Below are positions 1 through 13,100 of a stretch of DNA of 64,000 nt, one piece after another. The translations under genes and the position numbers were made by a program. The DNA lies in NCBI GenBank assembly GCA_023213395.1, contig CM041465.1, forward strand, positions 81,041,741-81,105,740, in the 5' to 3' direction. Position 1 is the first letter of the stretch. Every line of letters begins with the position of its first letter. Under the pieces are notes generated by a model. The model was not told the DNA's origin, ran no database searches, and saw nothing but the letters and a program-made list of their open reading frames with translations. The stretch comes from Cycas panzhihuaensis (Eukaryota > Plantae > Cycadophyta).

Positions 1-932
1 TTCAAGTTTTAGGATTAGTTTTTGGGAGTTAAAGTGGCTTAAGATAAGGTTTGACCCCTTTTAAATAGTTTGTTACTGCATTGCTACCATTTTAAGTGTA
101 GAAAGTGGTACAACAGAGTAATTCATGGTACTCTAGATACATTTGCAATGCTATAGATTTGTCTATGATATGATTATTATAGCTCCTGACTATATCTCTA
201 ATAGCCAAATGACTTTTTTTACTACCTTGTTTAGTGGGCCCAAGATGCTACATCAACCCAAGTTGACTTGTTTTAGCCTAAGGAACCTCATTGGATCTCC
301 AATGTCAATTTTTATTCAAGTTTTCTTAAGATTTGAATCTCCCTCCTTAAATCCATCCATGTTTTTAGGTAGTGGTTTCTCCACCTTGTGGGCATGAAAC
401 CACCACCCCCTCACTTTGTTTTCTCTAATAAAACCCTCTAATTTGAGGGTAGAGGATTATACATCTTCTATTCTTCTTACAATACCAAAATGCTATAGAA
501 TTTTTGCCATAATAACCCTTCTACTCTTGATACAACTTGTACACTTTAGAGCTAAGGTGAAGAAGTTAGAGATTAATCCTAGTACAAGCAAGGGGGAATT
601 AGAGAGATTTACATTAGATAGCTATCACTTATTACCTCTCTATTGTATTGGGCATCCCTCATCCTACCTTGGCTTGCCATTTTGTGAGACTCCCTCTCAC
701 CCTTTCCTTCCTTGCTTTGTTATTATTATGTTACACATGGAGGATTGTGCATTTCTTAGCAATTTCCTTTCATCATGATAGTAGAAGGTAGGGTTGAATT
801 AGCTTGATCTTTCCTTCTCTCTTATCTACATGATTTATTTAGTTGTAGGTTCTTGTTAGAGAGGTTTTCCTTAGTACAACTAAGGAAACTACTTATGCAG
901 GGGATGCCATGCCATTCCAAGGCACCTCTCCC

Positions 933-1234
933 TGATAGATGCTAATGCATCAATGTTATTAGATTAATTAAAGGTGACTTTAGGTTATCTAGGTCACATA
1001 GTTAAATATAATTTCATTTATATTTAAGTGTAATTTTGACACCAAGGCATTAGGCAGGAAACTCCTTTAGAAACCCTAATACACATCCTTCGATATACAA
1101 GATTGAATATGAAGGAGAAAGTAATAATTCTCACCTCTCATTTTTGCACTTAATCTTGTTCTCTCCATTTTACTCTTATTATGTGCCATTGATTTAGTGT
1201 AGTGGATTATGGCAACTAGATTCTTCACCCAACA
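933..1234 (+). repeat. copia 5' LTR (TG...CA)
   Basis: TGATAGATGC...CACCCAACA; direct repeat of 8491-8792. Confidence 0.93.
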
Positions 1235-1236
1235 AC

Positions 1237-1248
1237 TAGTATTAGAGA
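1237..1248 (+). promoter_or_regulatory. primer-binding site (tRNA-iMet type, decayed)
   Basis: TAGTATTAGAGA vs canonical TGGTATCAGAGC, 2 nt after the LTR end. Confidence 0.75.
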
Positions 1249-3599
1249 CATTATTGACCACATTTTCCCACTAAGTTTGCACGAAAACATTAATGCCTCT
1301 CACTCACAATTCATATGAGATTGAGGGTTTATTTAAGAATTTTATTTTATATTAGAGAGCTTAAAATTATATTATTTTATATGTTTCTACATTTGATATA
1401 TGTGCAAAATTTTAGAGGTAAGAAAGACTAATTTTTGAAGCCATTTGGTAGTCGAAATATCTTCGGACATCATTGAAGGCCTAAAATTTTATGAAAAATT
1501 TAACCATCTCAGATTTTGATAAAATTTAATATGTAGGGTTGCCCAGTCAACAGAATCATTTTTTTATTCTAGAACATCTTCATATTCAGCCTACAGTAGC
1601 TAGTTTTAACTGAAACATAATTTTTGCCCATATAGATATCTACTATTAATTTCTTTAGATATAATTAATTCTTGTTGAAATTATTTAAGGGTTTTAGTAG
1701 ATCTAGGTAAAATGTATATTTTGGGTTTAGTACCATTAAATTTTATTGAGTTTTAAATGTAATTTTTTCTAAAAAGGGTTAAAATTCGCAGATGAGTGAC
1801 CTAGGGTACTTTTCTCAATAAAATTATTTAAATATGAGCTAAAAATCTAAATTTTATTTTAAGGGATTTAGTAAATTTATGTCTCAGGAGCATTTTGAGA
1901 TAAATTTCATCAAATTTCATCCATTGGTTAATGAGATCTTTGCATTTTTTTTATGGATGCTAAATCTACCTATTCAACTCCACAAAAAATATTTTGAGGG
2001 CATTTCAGGCAATTTCTTAGCTATTTTTAGAGTTATTGTGGAAGGAAAAGTTGATGTATATGTCAAGACAAAGATTTTGAAAGACTAAAGTTTAGATTTT
2101 GAAATAGTAGATTTGGTAATATTCTACTTTTGTGCTTTTAGGGGGCAAAATTTTTTTATGTCTTTTTAGAAATCTAACCCACTATGTTATCAGAAATAAT
2201 ATTTTGTACATTTTTCTCTTCTATCACAAATTCAAATTCCATCATCTAGGCCTCCATGTTTGTAATTTTTAGAATATTTTACTTATTTATTATTATTTGT
2301 AAATTTTATGAAATAAAATCATAAAATAGGGCAAAATAGCATGCATTTAGATTTAGAAAAATCATTATTTTAGTGGTAAGTTGATTCACTTTTGGCCCTT
2401 TGTGGCTTTTGAATTAAAATTTCTAAAAATATATTTAGAAACATCGTTCAAAAGCAATGGAAACCTTGGATTGGAAGCAACATCTAGTTCCCTTGTTAAA
2501 TCTAGTATGTTATTTCTATTTCCAAATATAACATAAACTAGTACATAAAATAGTAACGACAGTAAAGCAATCATAGAAGACAAGCAAGTATATTAGCATA
2601 TTTCTATTTCAGTTTTTAGTTCAAGTTATTTAGAAATAACTTGCACTATTTCCTAAAAGAAATCTTATTTGTATGACTTATACTACTAGTTTTTTACTTG
2701 TGCACATACTTGCCTTGGTTGAAATAGACCATGGTTGGCTAAAGTCTAGGCCTTAAGGGAGATGTGAGTTACATATTGAGTTTAGTCTTAACTGGAATAA
2801 TAGTGGAGGGATAGGTTAGCCATATCAATGACCTCCAAATAGGGATAATCTTAATAACCACTTGGAAAAACTAAAAACATTAATTAAGATTAAAATATAC
2901 CTAATCCAATATATGTCATAGCCATGAGATATACATATACCACTTAACCTTTTGAAGGAGGTATATAACTACTCACTAGTAAATTAGGTGAGGATTTGGA
3001 GTACTTAGGCTTCAATGTGACTTAGATTTTATCACCAAGCATAGGTGCATGTATCGTAGGTGAAGTCCCTAATACATATACTAGAAGCCCCCTTAGGCAT
3101 CGATACCTTAACTACTTTGGACTTGAGATAGAGGGTTGAGTTTGATCACACATCCTACATCACTCTTGGTTTTTAGTTGTGTGCACCTATATGCTAGCTT
3201 CTAGATGAGCATAATCTTACTTTTATAATCACATGACACATTATATATCTTTGTGATCCTTATATTACTATTTGTACACATCATCAAACCCTATTATATT
3301 AGTAGTATTTGCCATAAGTGTTAGTGGCCTATCATTATTGCTTGTTACTAAATCATATTTCTCCCTACAGTGCTAAGTGTATTAGCCATATGTGTTAATG
3401 GTATTTTTATTTACTATCTCTTTCACTTTATCATCTTCATCATGTCTTCTCAATTTAAGTAGAATATAAATTACATCTTAAAAAGGAAAGAGTATTAGGA
3501 TCTATGATATACTAGAGTCAAGAATACTACTAAGTATAAAGGCCTTTGGAGAGCCCATCTACAACTTAGACTTGTCATCCCTACAATATCAATGACACC

Positions 3600-6500
3600 T
3601 ACCTTTAGAGGAATGCCACTTGTAGCTCCAACATATCCTGTAGCTAAATTATAATGGAAAATTAATGATGAGAAGATTTGTACATGTATTTTATTAGTGA
3701 CAGATTACTCCTTGCACAATCTAATTGATGAAGAACAACACAATATAGGCTAGAAAGTCATTGAGGTTCTTAAAAAGAATTTTGATGCAAAGGCTGATCT
3801 TGAATTTGTTCATCTAGTATTAAAGATGAATAAGATGAAGATGTAGAAGGGATGTGTACATGAAATAATCAACCTCCTTCAATCAATCAAACAAGTAATA
3901 GATAAAGATTTTAAGACCTAAAATATTACATGGTTATTCCTTATGCAACCATGTCTATATATACTTGATTATAAGGACTTTCTTGAGAGTCTTCAATCAA
4001 GTGGAATGTTGAAGACACTTAACTTCAAAGCTCTTATAGAGAAGTTTATAGAATTTGATAAAACCTTTGATACTAATTTTACAACTTCAAATCCTCTTAT
4101 AAATGTAGCTTTTGATGTGGAAAAAGAAGTATGCTTCTCAAAGAATCAGGGTCCCTCTCATAGTAGAGGAAATAAACCACGAAGTTAATAGAACCCTCAA
4201 CAACAACAGCCTAGATAGTCTCAAGGCTAAGTTCCACCTTTTAATGCAATATAGTCAAGCCAAACTAGTACTTTAGGGACTAGAAATCAGATTATTATAT
4301 ATGAAAGGTGTAATAGGAAAGGACACCTTATGAAGGATTACCGTATACTTGTATATAAGTTGCCTAAATTTCAATAGAAATATAAGGCTCACAATGTTGA
4401 TAAAACATGTGAAAAATAGTTTGGTGGTATAGGTTTTTCTCAAGCACATATTTAAAAACTTAAGGGAAAAACCATTGATCAAACTAAGAGGTATTTCAAA
4501 GCCAATTGTGGCTATGTCACTTATGATCTTGAATCACCAATATAAACCTCTCTTGGAGTTACAAATAACATAACTTCAAACACCTCCTCATGGATAATGG
4601 ATACAAGAGTGACACAACATATGACCTATAATCATGATCTATATAAAACTTTTGATTCCAATATATATGGTGTTGTTCACATAGCCGAAAAATCCCAACA
4701 ATTGGTTCAAGGTATTGGAAACATATGCCTAAAACTACCAAGCTCGAGAGATTTTATATTACTTGTTGTCTTATATATTTCTAATTTGAAACAAAACCTA
4801 CTCTCTTTATCCACTCTCGTCTCCTATGGATTTGATCTTAGTGTTACCATAAATGACCAAACTCTCTAGGTCATTCACCCTCTAATAAATTGAGTCATCT
4901 TGACTAAAGTGCTTACTGGTAAATTATTTAGATTGAATGGTTCCCCATCTTCTAAAGCCAACTATGATTAAATCCCTTATGCTCATGAAGGCTTTGCTTT
5001 TAATACCATTTTGACATACCCTAATCTATCCCTAAAAGCTCTTTTGCATGCTCATATGGGCCATGTTCATGTTAATCAACTTAGAGATCTTTGTCATATC
5101 CTTTTAGGTCTACCCATGTTCTTCTCAAAGCCCTTTAAATGTGAAGCCTATATCATAATTAAATCTTATAAACAACCCTTTATTGATAGTTAGTGGAAAT
5201 CGAGTCATCCTCTTCAATTGGTACACTTTAATCTATACAGACCAATGCCCATTCCATCATTAAATCATAAATTATTTTAAATATCCTTCATTGATTATTT
5301 TACCAATAAAGTATAGGTGGATTTTTAACTAGGAAACATGAGGCATTTGGTGTCTTTAAAGCTTTTAAATCTCATATTGAAAAGGAGTCAGGTTATCAGA
5401 TTAAGTATCTCTGAATAGATAATGGTGAAGAATATATCTCTACTGAGTTTGAAACCTATCTATGAGACAACAATATAAAGTATCATACTATAATAGCAAA
5501 CACCCCCTAACAGAGTAGAGTAGTCAAGTACATGAATAGGTTTATTATGAATATGGATTAAGATATATTGGTTCATAAAAATATACCTACTTACCTATGG
5601 ATGTAAGTAATTTGGACAACTATTTATTACATGAACATTGTCAGCCCATTTAAAGGAGGAATTTCTTCTAATAAAAAGTGGACTAAATGGGATCCCACTG
5701 CTTACCACTTCAAAATGTTTATCTCAATATGTTATGCCCATATACTTGATGAAAATAGAAATAAACTTCAGCCCAGGGCACTTAAAAGCATCTTTGTTAG
5801 ATATGCTATGGATAAGAAAGAGTACAAGGTGTTTATACCTCCAAAGCAGAAGACTATCATCATTAGAGATATGGTGTTTGCTAAAATACATGATCAATTA
5901 TTATAATTAGACTCTAAAATACTGAACTACCGTTATTGTGATACTACTCCATATAATGTACATATTCCAAAATTTGGTGGGGGAGACACTTAAGAGTTAC
6001 TCAAACTATTGGAATTTGATAATAGAGCCACGTAGGATAGTAGTTGTCACTCTAAACCAATGATTGTACATCATGCACTACCATTCAAGAATAGTAGAGT
6101 TGATAAAGGCAAAGTGTTGGAGTTAATAGGTTTTTATGTTTATGCTACTATGCAACAATGATGTATTGAAGTTTTGATTATCTCTTTCATGTTCTACCTT
6201 GTTCTCCTACATTTTATTTCCTTCACAAAGCAGTGGCATATGGACCATGCTTCCCAGATGTGTCAACATCCTCCTTAATAAATATACAAAATGATCATTT
6301 TCAAGATCTAAATGAAGACTATGTAGTTGAAAAAATGAAGACCCCATTCCCATTTTAAGGTTCTTATGAAGCCCGCCATCTAAATAAGGATATATAACCT
6401 GATGAGGTAGGAAAAATTAACATGAATGCTTACAGAGCTAAGATGCAAGAATCACTTTTCATTGAGTTAGAACTAGAAGAACTAGATCTTGTTCTCAATG

Positions 6501-8040
6501 AAGAGCCCCTCTCATACCAAGAAGCTATAAAACACACAACTTGGAGAAATGCCATAAATAAAGAGTATAATCTTTTATAAAAAATTATACATGGGAGCTT
6601 ATTGACCTACCACTTAAAAGAAAGATAGTTCCAAACAAATGGGTGTATAAAACTAAATACATATTTGATGGCAACCTTGAAAAACATAAGGTAAGGTTAG
6701 TAGCAAAAGGATTTACATAAAGGGAAGACATCAACTACACTAAAGTCTTTACACCTACAACCAAGTGGCCCACAATTATGACTCTTATGGCCTTGAGAGC
6801 TCAATAGAGTTGGAAGATTCACTAGCTTGATGTAAAAACTACATTTCTCAATGGTGACATCGAAGAAAAAAATCTACATAGCTTAGCCTAAAGGATTTGA
6901 GATCATTGGTCAAGAGCATAAGGTATGCAGGATCAAAAAGTCCTCGTATGCCTTAAACAAGCCCCTTGTTCTTAGTTCACCAAGTTGTTGGAAAGAATGA
7001 GGTAACTTAAATATGTAGTTTGTGATTACTAGGATATTGATGTAATACTTTTCATCAAATGCTAAAAGGATAAAGTCACTTATCTCTTAATCTTTATGGA
7101 CAATATGCTTATAATGGGGAATAATGAATAGGTAATCAACTAGCTAAAAAAGGACTTAGCCAAATATTCAAACTATCTGATCCTAGGTTGATAAAATATT
7201 AATTGGAGATTGAATTCACTCATAAAGATGGCAAAATCTTTCTTTCTTAAGAAACGTATATCAACAATCTTCTAAAAAATTTCAGCTAGAAGATGTTTAA
7301 ACTATATCCACTCCAATGGAACCCAATGTCAAGCTGATAGCTGATGGTAATGATCGAGTGGTAGACACAACACTTTACAGGTAACATGTAGGTAGTCTCA
7401 TCTATACTACTAATAAAAGACTTGATATTGCATACTTTATTGGCATTCTTACTTGTTACATGATAAATATTAAGCAGAATCATTGGCAAGCAGTAGTGTG
7501 AGAGTTGAGGTATCTTAAGATGACCAACAAATACGATCTACTATATGAATCTAATTTAGAGTTTGAACTATATGAATAGACAAACTTATACTTTTTCAGA
7601 GATAAAGACATAGGGAGATCTATGTCTAGGTATGTAACATTTCTTGGAACAATGTCAATATCATGGAGATCTAGATGGTAGAAGACAATTGCTAATTCAA
7701 CTACCGAAGCTAAATATATTATTACTTTTGAGACTAGTAAGGAGGTGATATGGCTTAGGAAATTATTAGAAACATTGAATATCACCCAAACAAGTCCTAC
7801 TAGCCTTCATATAAATAATCAATCATTAATCTACATGGCAAAAAATCTTATATTTTATGATTGTACTAAACACATAAATACGAAAGTCTATAGGATTTGA
7901 GAACTAGTTCATGATGGCATAATTCAACTAGAGTACTGCTCCATAGTAGATCAAGTGGATGATATCTTCACCAAACTATTGTAAAAGGTGAAGTTTAAAT
8001 AGTTTCGTAGGCATCTTGGCCTTTAGGCCCCCATCTCTAA
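3600..8040 (+). pseudogene. copia gag-pol pseudogene (boundaries approximate)
   Basis: Zinc-knuckle relic CNRKGHLMKDY at ~4310 and protease WIMDTRVTQHMT at ~4590. GAG-pre-integrase HAHMGH in ORF 5011. Integrase/SH3-like CYAHILDENRNKLQPRALKSIFV in ORF 5631. RT NKWVYKTK and LDVKTTFLNG at ~6640-6860. RNase H TKHINTK and DQVDDIFTK at ~7870-7975. Many stops. Confidence 0.88.
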
Positions 8041-8490
8041 TTGATTAGAAGAGATGACAACATGATAATCATACTCTATTCCATTCATGAAAACCTCTTA
8101 TTAGTGCAAAAGAATAAGAGTAGGTCTCTGGTCTATTCTATTTGTGAAAACCCCTTATAGGCATAGAAGGATAAGGGTTATACTAGTCTTGAAAAATCAA
8201 AACCTGTGAAAAGGTAAAAGGGCATGGGGGATGACCAAATGGTATATGGAGACTCAACAGATCAAGCTATACATTTAAACTACTTGGCTCTCAAGCTACA
8301 TTAAGATTCACATTAGCTATTTTGATTTATAAAAGGGGATATAGATCTTAGAATGTTCATGGGGTTTTATTCCCCATGAGGGTTTTCCCATAAAAGTGTT
8401 ATTTAGAATTTCAATGCAATAATGAGGCTCAAATAAAGACCTCATAAAATAGATTTTATTATAATGGACTTTTACCATTAAGTGAGGGAT

Positions 8491-8792
8491 TGATGGATGT
8501 TAATGCATCAAGGTTATTAGATTAATTAAAGGTGACTTTAGGTTAGCTAAGACACATAGTTAAATGTAATTTCATTTGCATTTAAGTATAATTTCAGGAT
8601 CATGTTATTAGGCATGAATCTCCTTTAGAAACCCTAATGTATATTCTTCGATATATGAGACTGAATGTGAAGGAGAGAGTAATAATTCTCACCCCTTATT
8701 TTTGCTTGCAATTTTATTCTCTCTATTTTGCTCTTATTATGTACCATTACTTTAGTGTAGTGGATTGTAGCAACTAGATCCTTCACCCAATA
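8491..8792 (+). repeat. copia 3' LTR (terminal CA mutated to TA)
   Basis: Direct repeat of 933-1234, followed by TSD CTCCC. Confidence 0.93.
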
Positions 8793-10004
8793 CTCCCCTC
8801 CTTATTTTGTATTTATTTTTGTTGTCATTCTACTATTTGTTAGATATACATACATACATGCTTCATAACTATATATTGGTTAACTTTTTTATGCAATTAG
8901 AATTTTAGAAAGATAGTTAGGATAGCCCTTCCTCAAGATCTAATTTGTAGGTATGGGAAGGAGCAACCCTCCACTATTCACATTAGGGTTTGAAGAAGGT
9001 GCATCTCAATAAGATAATCACCCCCTATCTTTTACACTTATTGTTGCCTCCTTCTTTTATTTCTTCCTTTCATTTATTTTTATTCATTCTCTTTCCATTT
9101 GGGGTGGGTGAGTGGACCCCTTTTTATTTTATTTTAGCCCATAATACAAGCATTTAAAAAGGAGGATGAAGAGAGATGGAGAGGATCAACATTACTAGCC
9201 ACCAACTAAGCTTGAGTGCACCTCTTTTCCCTTTTTTTTATTATTTCATATTCTTGTTATTATTTTCAATCCACTCTCCATTGTAAGAATTCCTTCCCCC
9301 TTATCATTTATTTTTATTTTAGCTATATTATCATTGAAAAGGAAAAATAAATGATAGGAAAGGGTTTCTTGCATAATAAAAAACAAAGAGAAATTAATTT
9401 GTAAGAAAGGAAATAGATTTTCTTTCCCTTTTATTTTAGGAAAAAGGAATATTAAAAGCAAGGGTGTTTTGGGCTAGGGTTTCACATAGGGAAAGATTAT
9501 TTACTTTTCCCCCTCTTTGCTCCCCTTTGGTTGCATCTTTTTTCCTCTCTTTCAATTGGTATGCATGTTTCTTTTTTAAAAAAGAAAGAGGGAGAGTGAT
9601 AAAGGAAAAAAGAGTGAATTTTCTTTACTTATCTTATACCTCTCTTTTTTATATTATTTGTTGTTGTTCTAAAGAACATAACAATAAAACCCAACTATAA
9701 CCCTCTTTCCCTACCAAGTGTTGCCTATTTATCCCTTTACTGTCTCTCTCTCTTTCTCTCCTTTTCTATTTGCCCTATTGGCCCCTTATCAAGGGAGTTT
9801 ACCTAATTGTGACCCTTTACCCCAAAACCCTAAGCAAAGAGAAAGAAATTGTGCCTATGCATTCCCAAATATGTATCCCTAAGGTGCATGACTGCCCTAC
9901 ATGGGTCACCCAAGACTCTATTACATCCCACACTAGGTCCCATACCCTAGGCCTAGTTCTTTGCAGTTTGTTGTCTTAGGCACCTCTAGCAGGAGTGATC
10001 TCAC

Positions 10005-10022
10005 TAGCACTCATACCGGGAA
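10005..10022 (+). promoter_or_regulatory. PBS of element A (decayed tRNA-Arg type)
   Basis: TAGCACTCATACCGGGAA, 1 nt after the LTR end; resembles the PBS of C (TGGCGACCATACTGGGGA). Confidence 0.65.
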
Positions 10023-10179
10023 ATGCCGATTAGATTGATTTAGGTTTCCTTTAGCTTTCTTGCATATCCTTTCCCTTGCATAAGACCTATTAGGGTGTCT
10101 ATCTTTTAGAGTTCTTATTTGTTACTTCTTCTCCTTATTTATTCTCTCTAATTCTTTAAGCAAAGTGGTTTAGCTATAG

Positions 10180-13100
10180 ATGTAATGCTTCTTATATTAC
10201 TTATGTGGTTCACCTCTTGTTGAAGTAGAGCCTATTTATTTCTCTATTCCCTCATCCAACCAAGATTTATCAGTGGAGGGATATCCTTTTGATTGGGCTA
10301 ATAATGCTTGCACTTTAAATTGTCCTCATCCCAAGGTCCCTTCTTCTTAGTACGATCCTACTTAAGTTAGTAGGGATCCTACGTATTATCATACTAAATC
10401 AGTTGAAGGTTATAAAAATCCTCAACTACTCCCTATACATGTCATAGGGAGTTTTGAATCAAGGGATCCTACCCTATGCTCTAAAGGGGTCTCCCTAGCC
10501 TATCCATCCTATTTTGGTCATCAAGCAGAAGTTTCCACCTCTTATGACTAGTCATATACTTCTCATAGTGATGTGGTTGATGCCCTACGAGAATGCTTCA
10601 AAGTTGATACCATGAAACCACTCCCCAAATGGTTACAAAGGTTCCTTTAAGCTTTGTCTCCCTCCTCTTTTCTATTCTCCCTCCTTCATCCCTTCCTTTC
10701 ACTTCCTTTACCATCCAAGAAGTAGTTTTAGTAGGATATATTTCCATATGCATCTCTCTTAGCCAACCGGTCACTTTAGGTATACAAACCCCTCAAGCGG
10801 GGGTAAGTATGCCTTCACTTCCAACTAATATACCCCAACCTATTACTATACCAATCCCTTCTTTCCCTTTAACCATGCCCTTTCCCAGAGACCATGTAGG
10901 ATATGAGGGCATGACTTCCATCTATACGTAGCTAAAAACCATGGATCCTTCACTTTACATTCCTCCAAGGCACATGTCTCAACCGTGGAGGCATGGGGGA
11001 TCAAATTCCCTTCCTACATATGGGGTTGATCCCCTTCATTCTTATGGTGTTTCCCCTACCCTTAAGGGTCCATATGGGAAAATCTCCACTCTCCATCCTA
11101 CATTTTTTCAACCTTGCTCTATGCCTTACATAGGTTTATCTTCATATGTCTACCCATCTACTCCCGTAGGAGTGTATCCTTAACCATTGTATTCTTATGT
11201 GGCTTATCCTCGAGGTGCAGCGAGACCTTCTCACCCACCTCTTTATCTAATGATTCTCCATTTAGGGGTTGCATATTCTTTTCCATCATGAGGGATAACC
11301 TAAGCTCCTACATATTATTCCCCTTATCAAGAAGGGCATCATCCTTATAATGCCACCTATTACTCACCATATGTTAGGGGTTTTCATCCTTATACCACAT
11401 CCTCTTATTCCCAGGTTGACTCATTAATACAACCAAGGACTCATCCCTTTGTCAATTATTGGTCAACCCCATTGTCCATGAAGGTGCTAAGAACTAACTT
11501 ATTTCCTCACCCTCCCATGGTGCCTAAGTTCGATGGAACCTCCTCTAATGACCCAACTAAGCATGTCAGGGTATTTACCATGGCATGCATAGACTATTGG
11601 GCCTATGACCATATTCTAATGAAACTTTTTCCTAGATCCCTCTAGGGAGACACACTTAAATGGTTCTATTATCTCCTTGCTCACTCCATCTTAACCTTTT
11701 AATAGTTAGTTGATGAATTTATTAACTATTTCAATGTTTCCCAACCTTATGAGAGTGGGGTTAAAGCCCCACTCTCACTTCAATAAGGCCCTAAGGAGCT
11801 AAACCACGACTTCATGCAGTGGTTCCATGATATCCTTCATCATTTGAAGGTCACACTGCTCAAAGAATTAAAGCAAGATCCTTTTGTCAATGCATTACGC
11901 CTTGAGGTGCATTGTGAGATCTTAAAGGTGGGAGTGACCTCTTATGATTCTTCTATAGTTGAATGCTTGGTGTTGGAAGCTATTGAGATCTAATCTAGTC
12001 TTAAGAAGCTTCGATGCTAATCATAATGTCATGAGGTACCCCCTCCCTCACATGACCAAAAGGGATAACAACCAACTTCTAAGCTTCTTGTCAACAAAAC
12101 TAAAAAGACCCTAGACCCCTTTACATCTGCTATTCACTCTTTTGAGCAAATGGTTAAAGATCTTAAATTGCAACCAACTCAAACCTCTCCTGAATCACAA
12201 CATCATATCCATCAAGCTACTAAAACTTCCTCATTTACAAATGGAAATTCCACCTCTCAAAGGAAGGGGACATGATCCCCTCTTGAAAAGAAGCAATATT
12301 CCATTCATGGTGAGTGTTTCCATGATGACTTGTGGTGTTGGAAGCAATACCCTGAACTTATCCCATCTTGCAAGACTCCTTCACAAGGTGCCTCTAAGAT
12401 AAATTTAGAGCAACCTATCCATCGTGACCTATTTCCTAACCATAAGGAACTAGATCATTCTCCTAAAAATAGGAGAGTAAGGAATAGGAGATGAGCTTTC
12501 CTTTCTTCCTCAGGTCAGGCAAAGGGCAAGGCTCTAGTTGATTCCTCTCCTACTTCCACCTGTACAACTTAGTATCTCTCCTCTTCTCATTCTAAGAATA
12601 AGGAGAGGAAGGTTATCCAGTTCCTTGATCACCCCCATATGCCTAGTTATGTAGTCTCAAGCTATGAGAGAGGCTAACAAAGCTTCCTCTTCTCAAGAAC
12701 TCCCTATGGATGCTCCTCTAATGGAGATCCCTATAGTCATAAAGACCATTCCCATGAACCCTAGGTGACACGATTTTAGGAGGGTACTTCTCCAATCCAT
12801 AAGGAAGGGGAAGAGCACCTCCATTATTGAAGAGTTGCACTTGGTTTCCGTAGTAATGTCTATGGTGGACATCTTGTAGAGTTGCTCCTAGCAAAATACT
12901 CTTCTTTTAAAGGCTCTTAGTCAATGAGATACCCCCATCCGTGCTAGAAGCACTACCTCTCATGGACCTCCTACCATCTTGTTTGACCCTCAAGACCTCC
13001 CATCCCCTAGTTAATGGGAATGTTATTGGCTCTACCTATTTACTAATACCTTTGATACTCCTGATTTCACCTTGAAGAGGATCATTATAAGCAATAGCTC

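Larger units (their letters stand above)
933..8792 (+). mobile_element. Ty1/copia LTR retrotransposon, full-length but decayed, nested in the 5' LTR of A
   Basis: Two 302-bp LTRs (933-1234, 8491-8792). 5-bp TSD CTCCC at 928-932 and 8793-8797. Degenerate tRNA-iMet PBS, PPT AAGTGAGGGA before 8491, and domain order gag-PR-INT-RT-RH. Confidence 0.95.
1..10003 (+). repeat. 5' LTR of element A (partial; split by the copia insertion at 933-8792)
   Basis: Collinear with the 3' LTR. The empty site GCACCTCTCCCCTCTTT is seen at ~18601. Ends ...GAGTGATCTCA at 10003. Confidence 0.9.
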
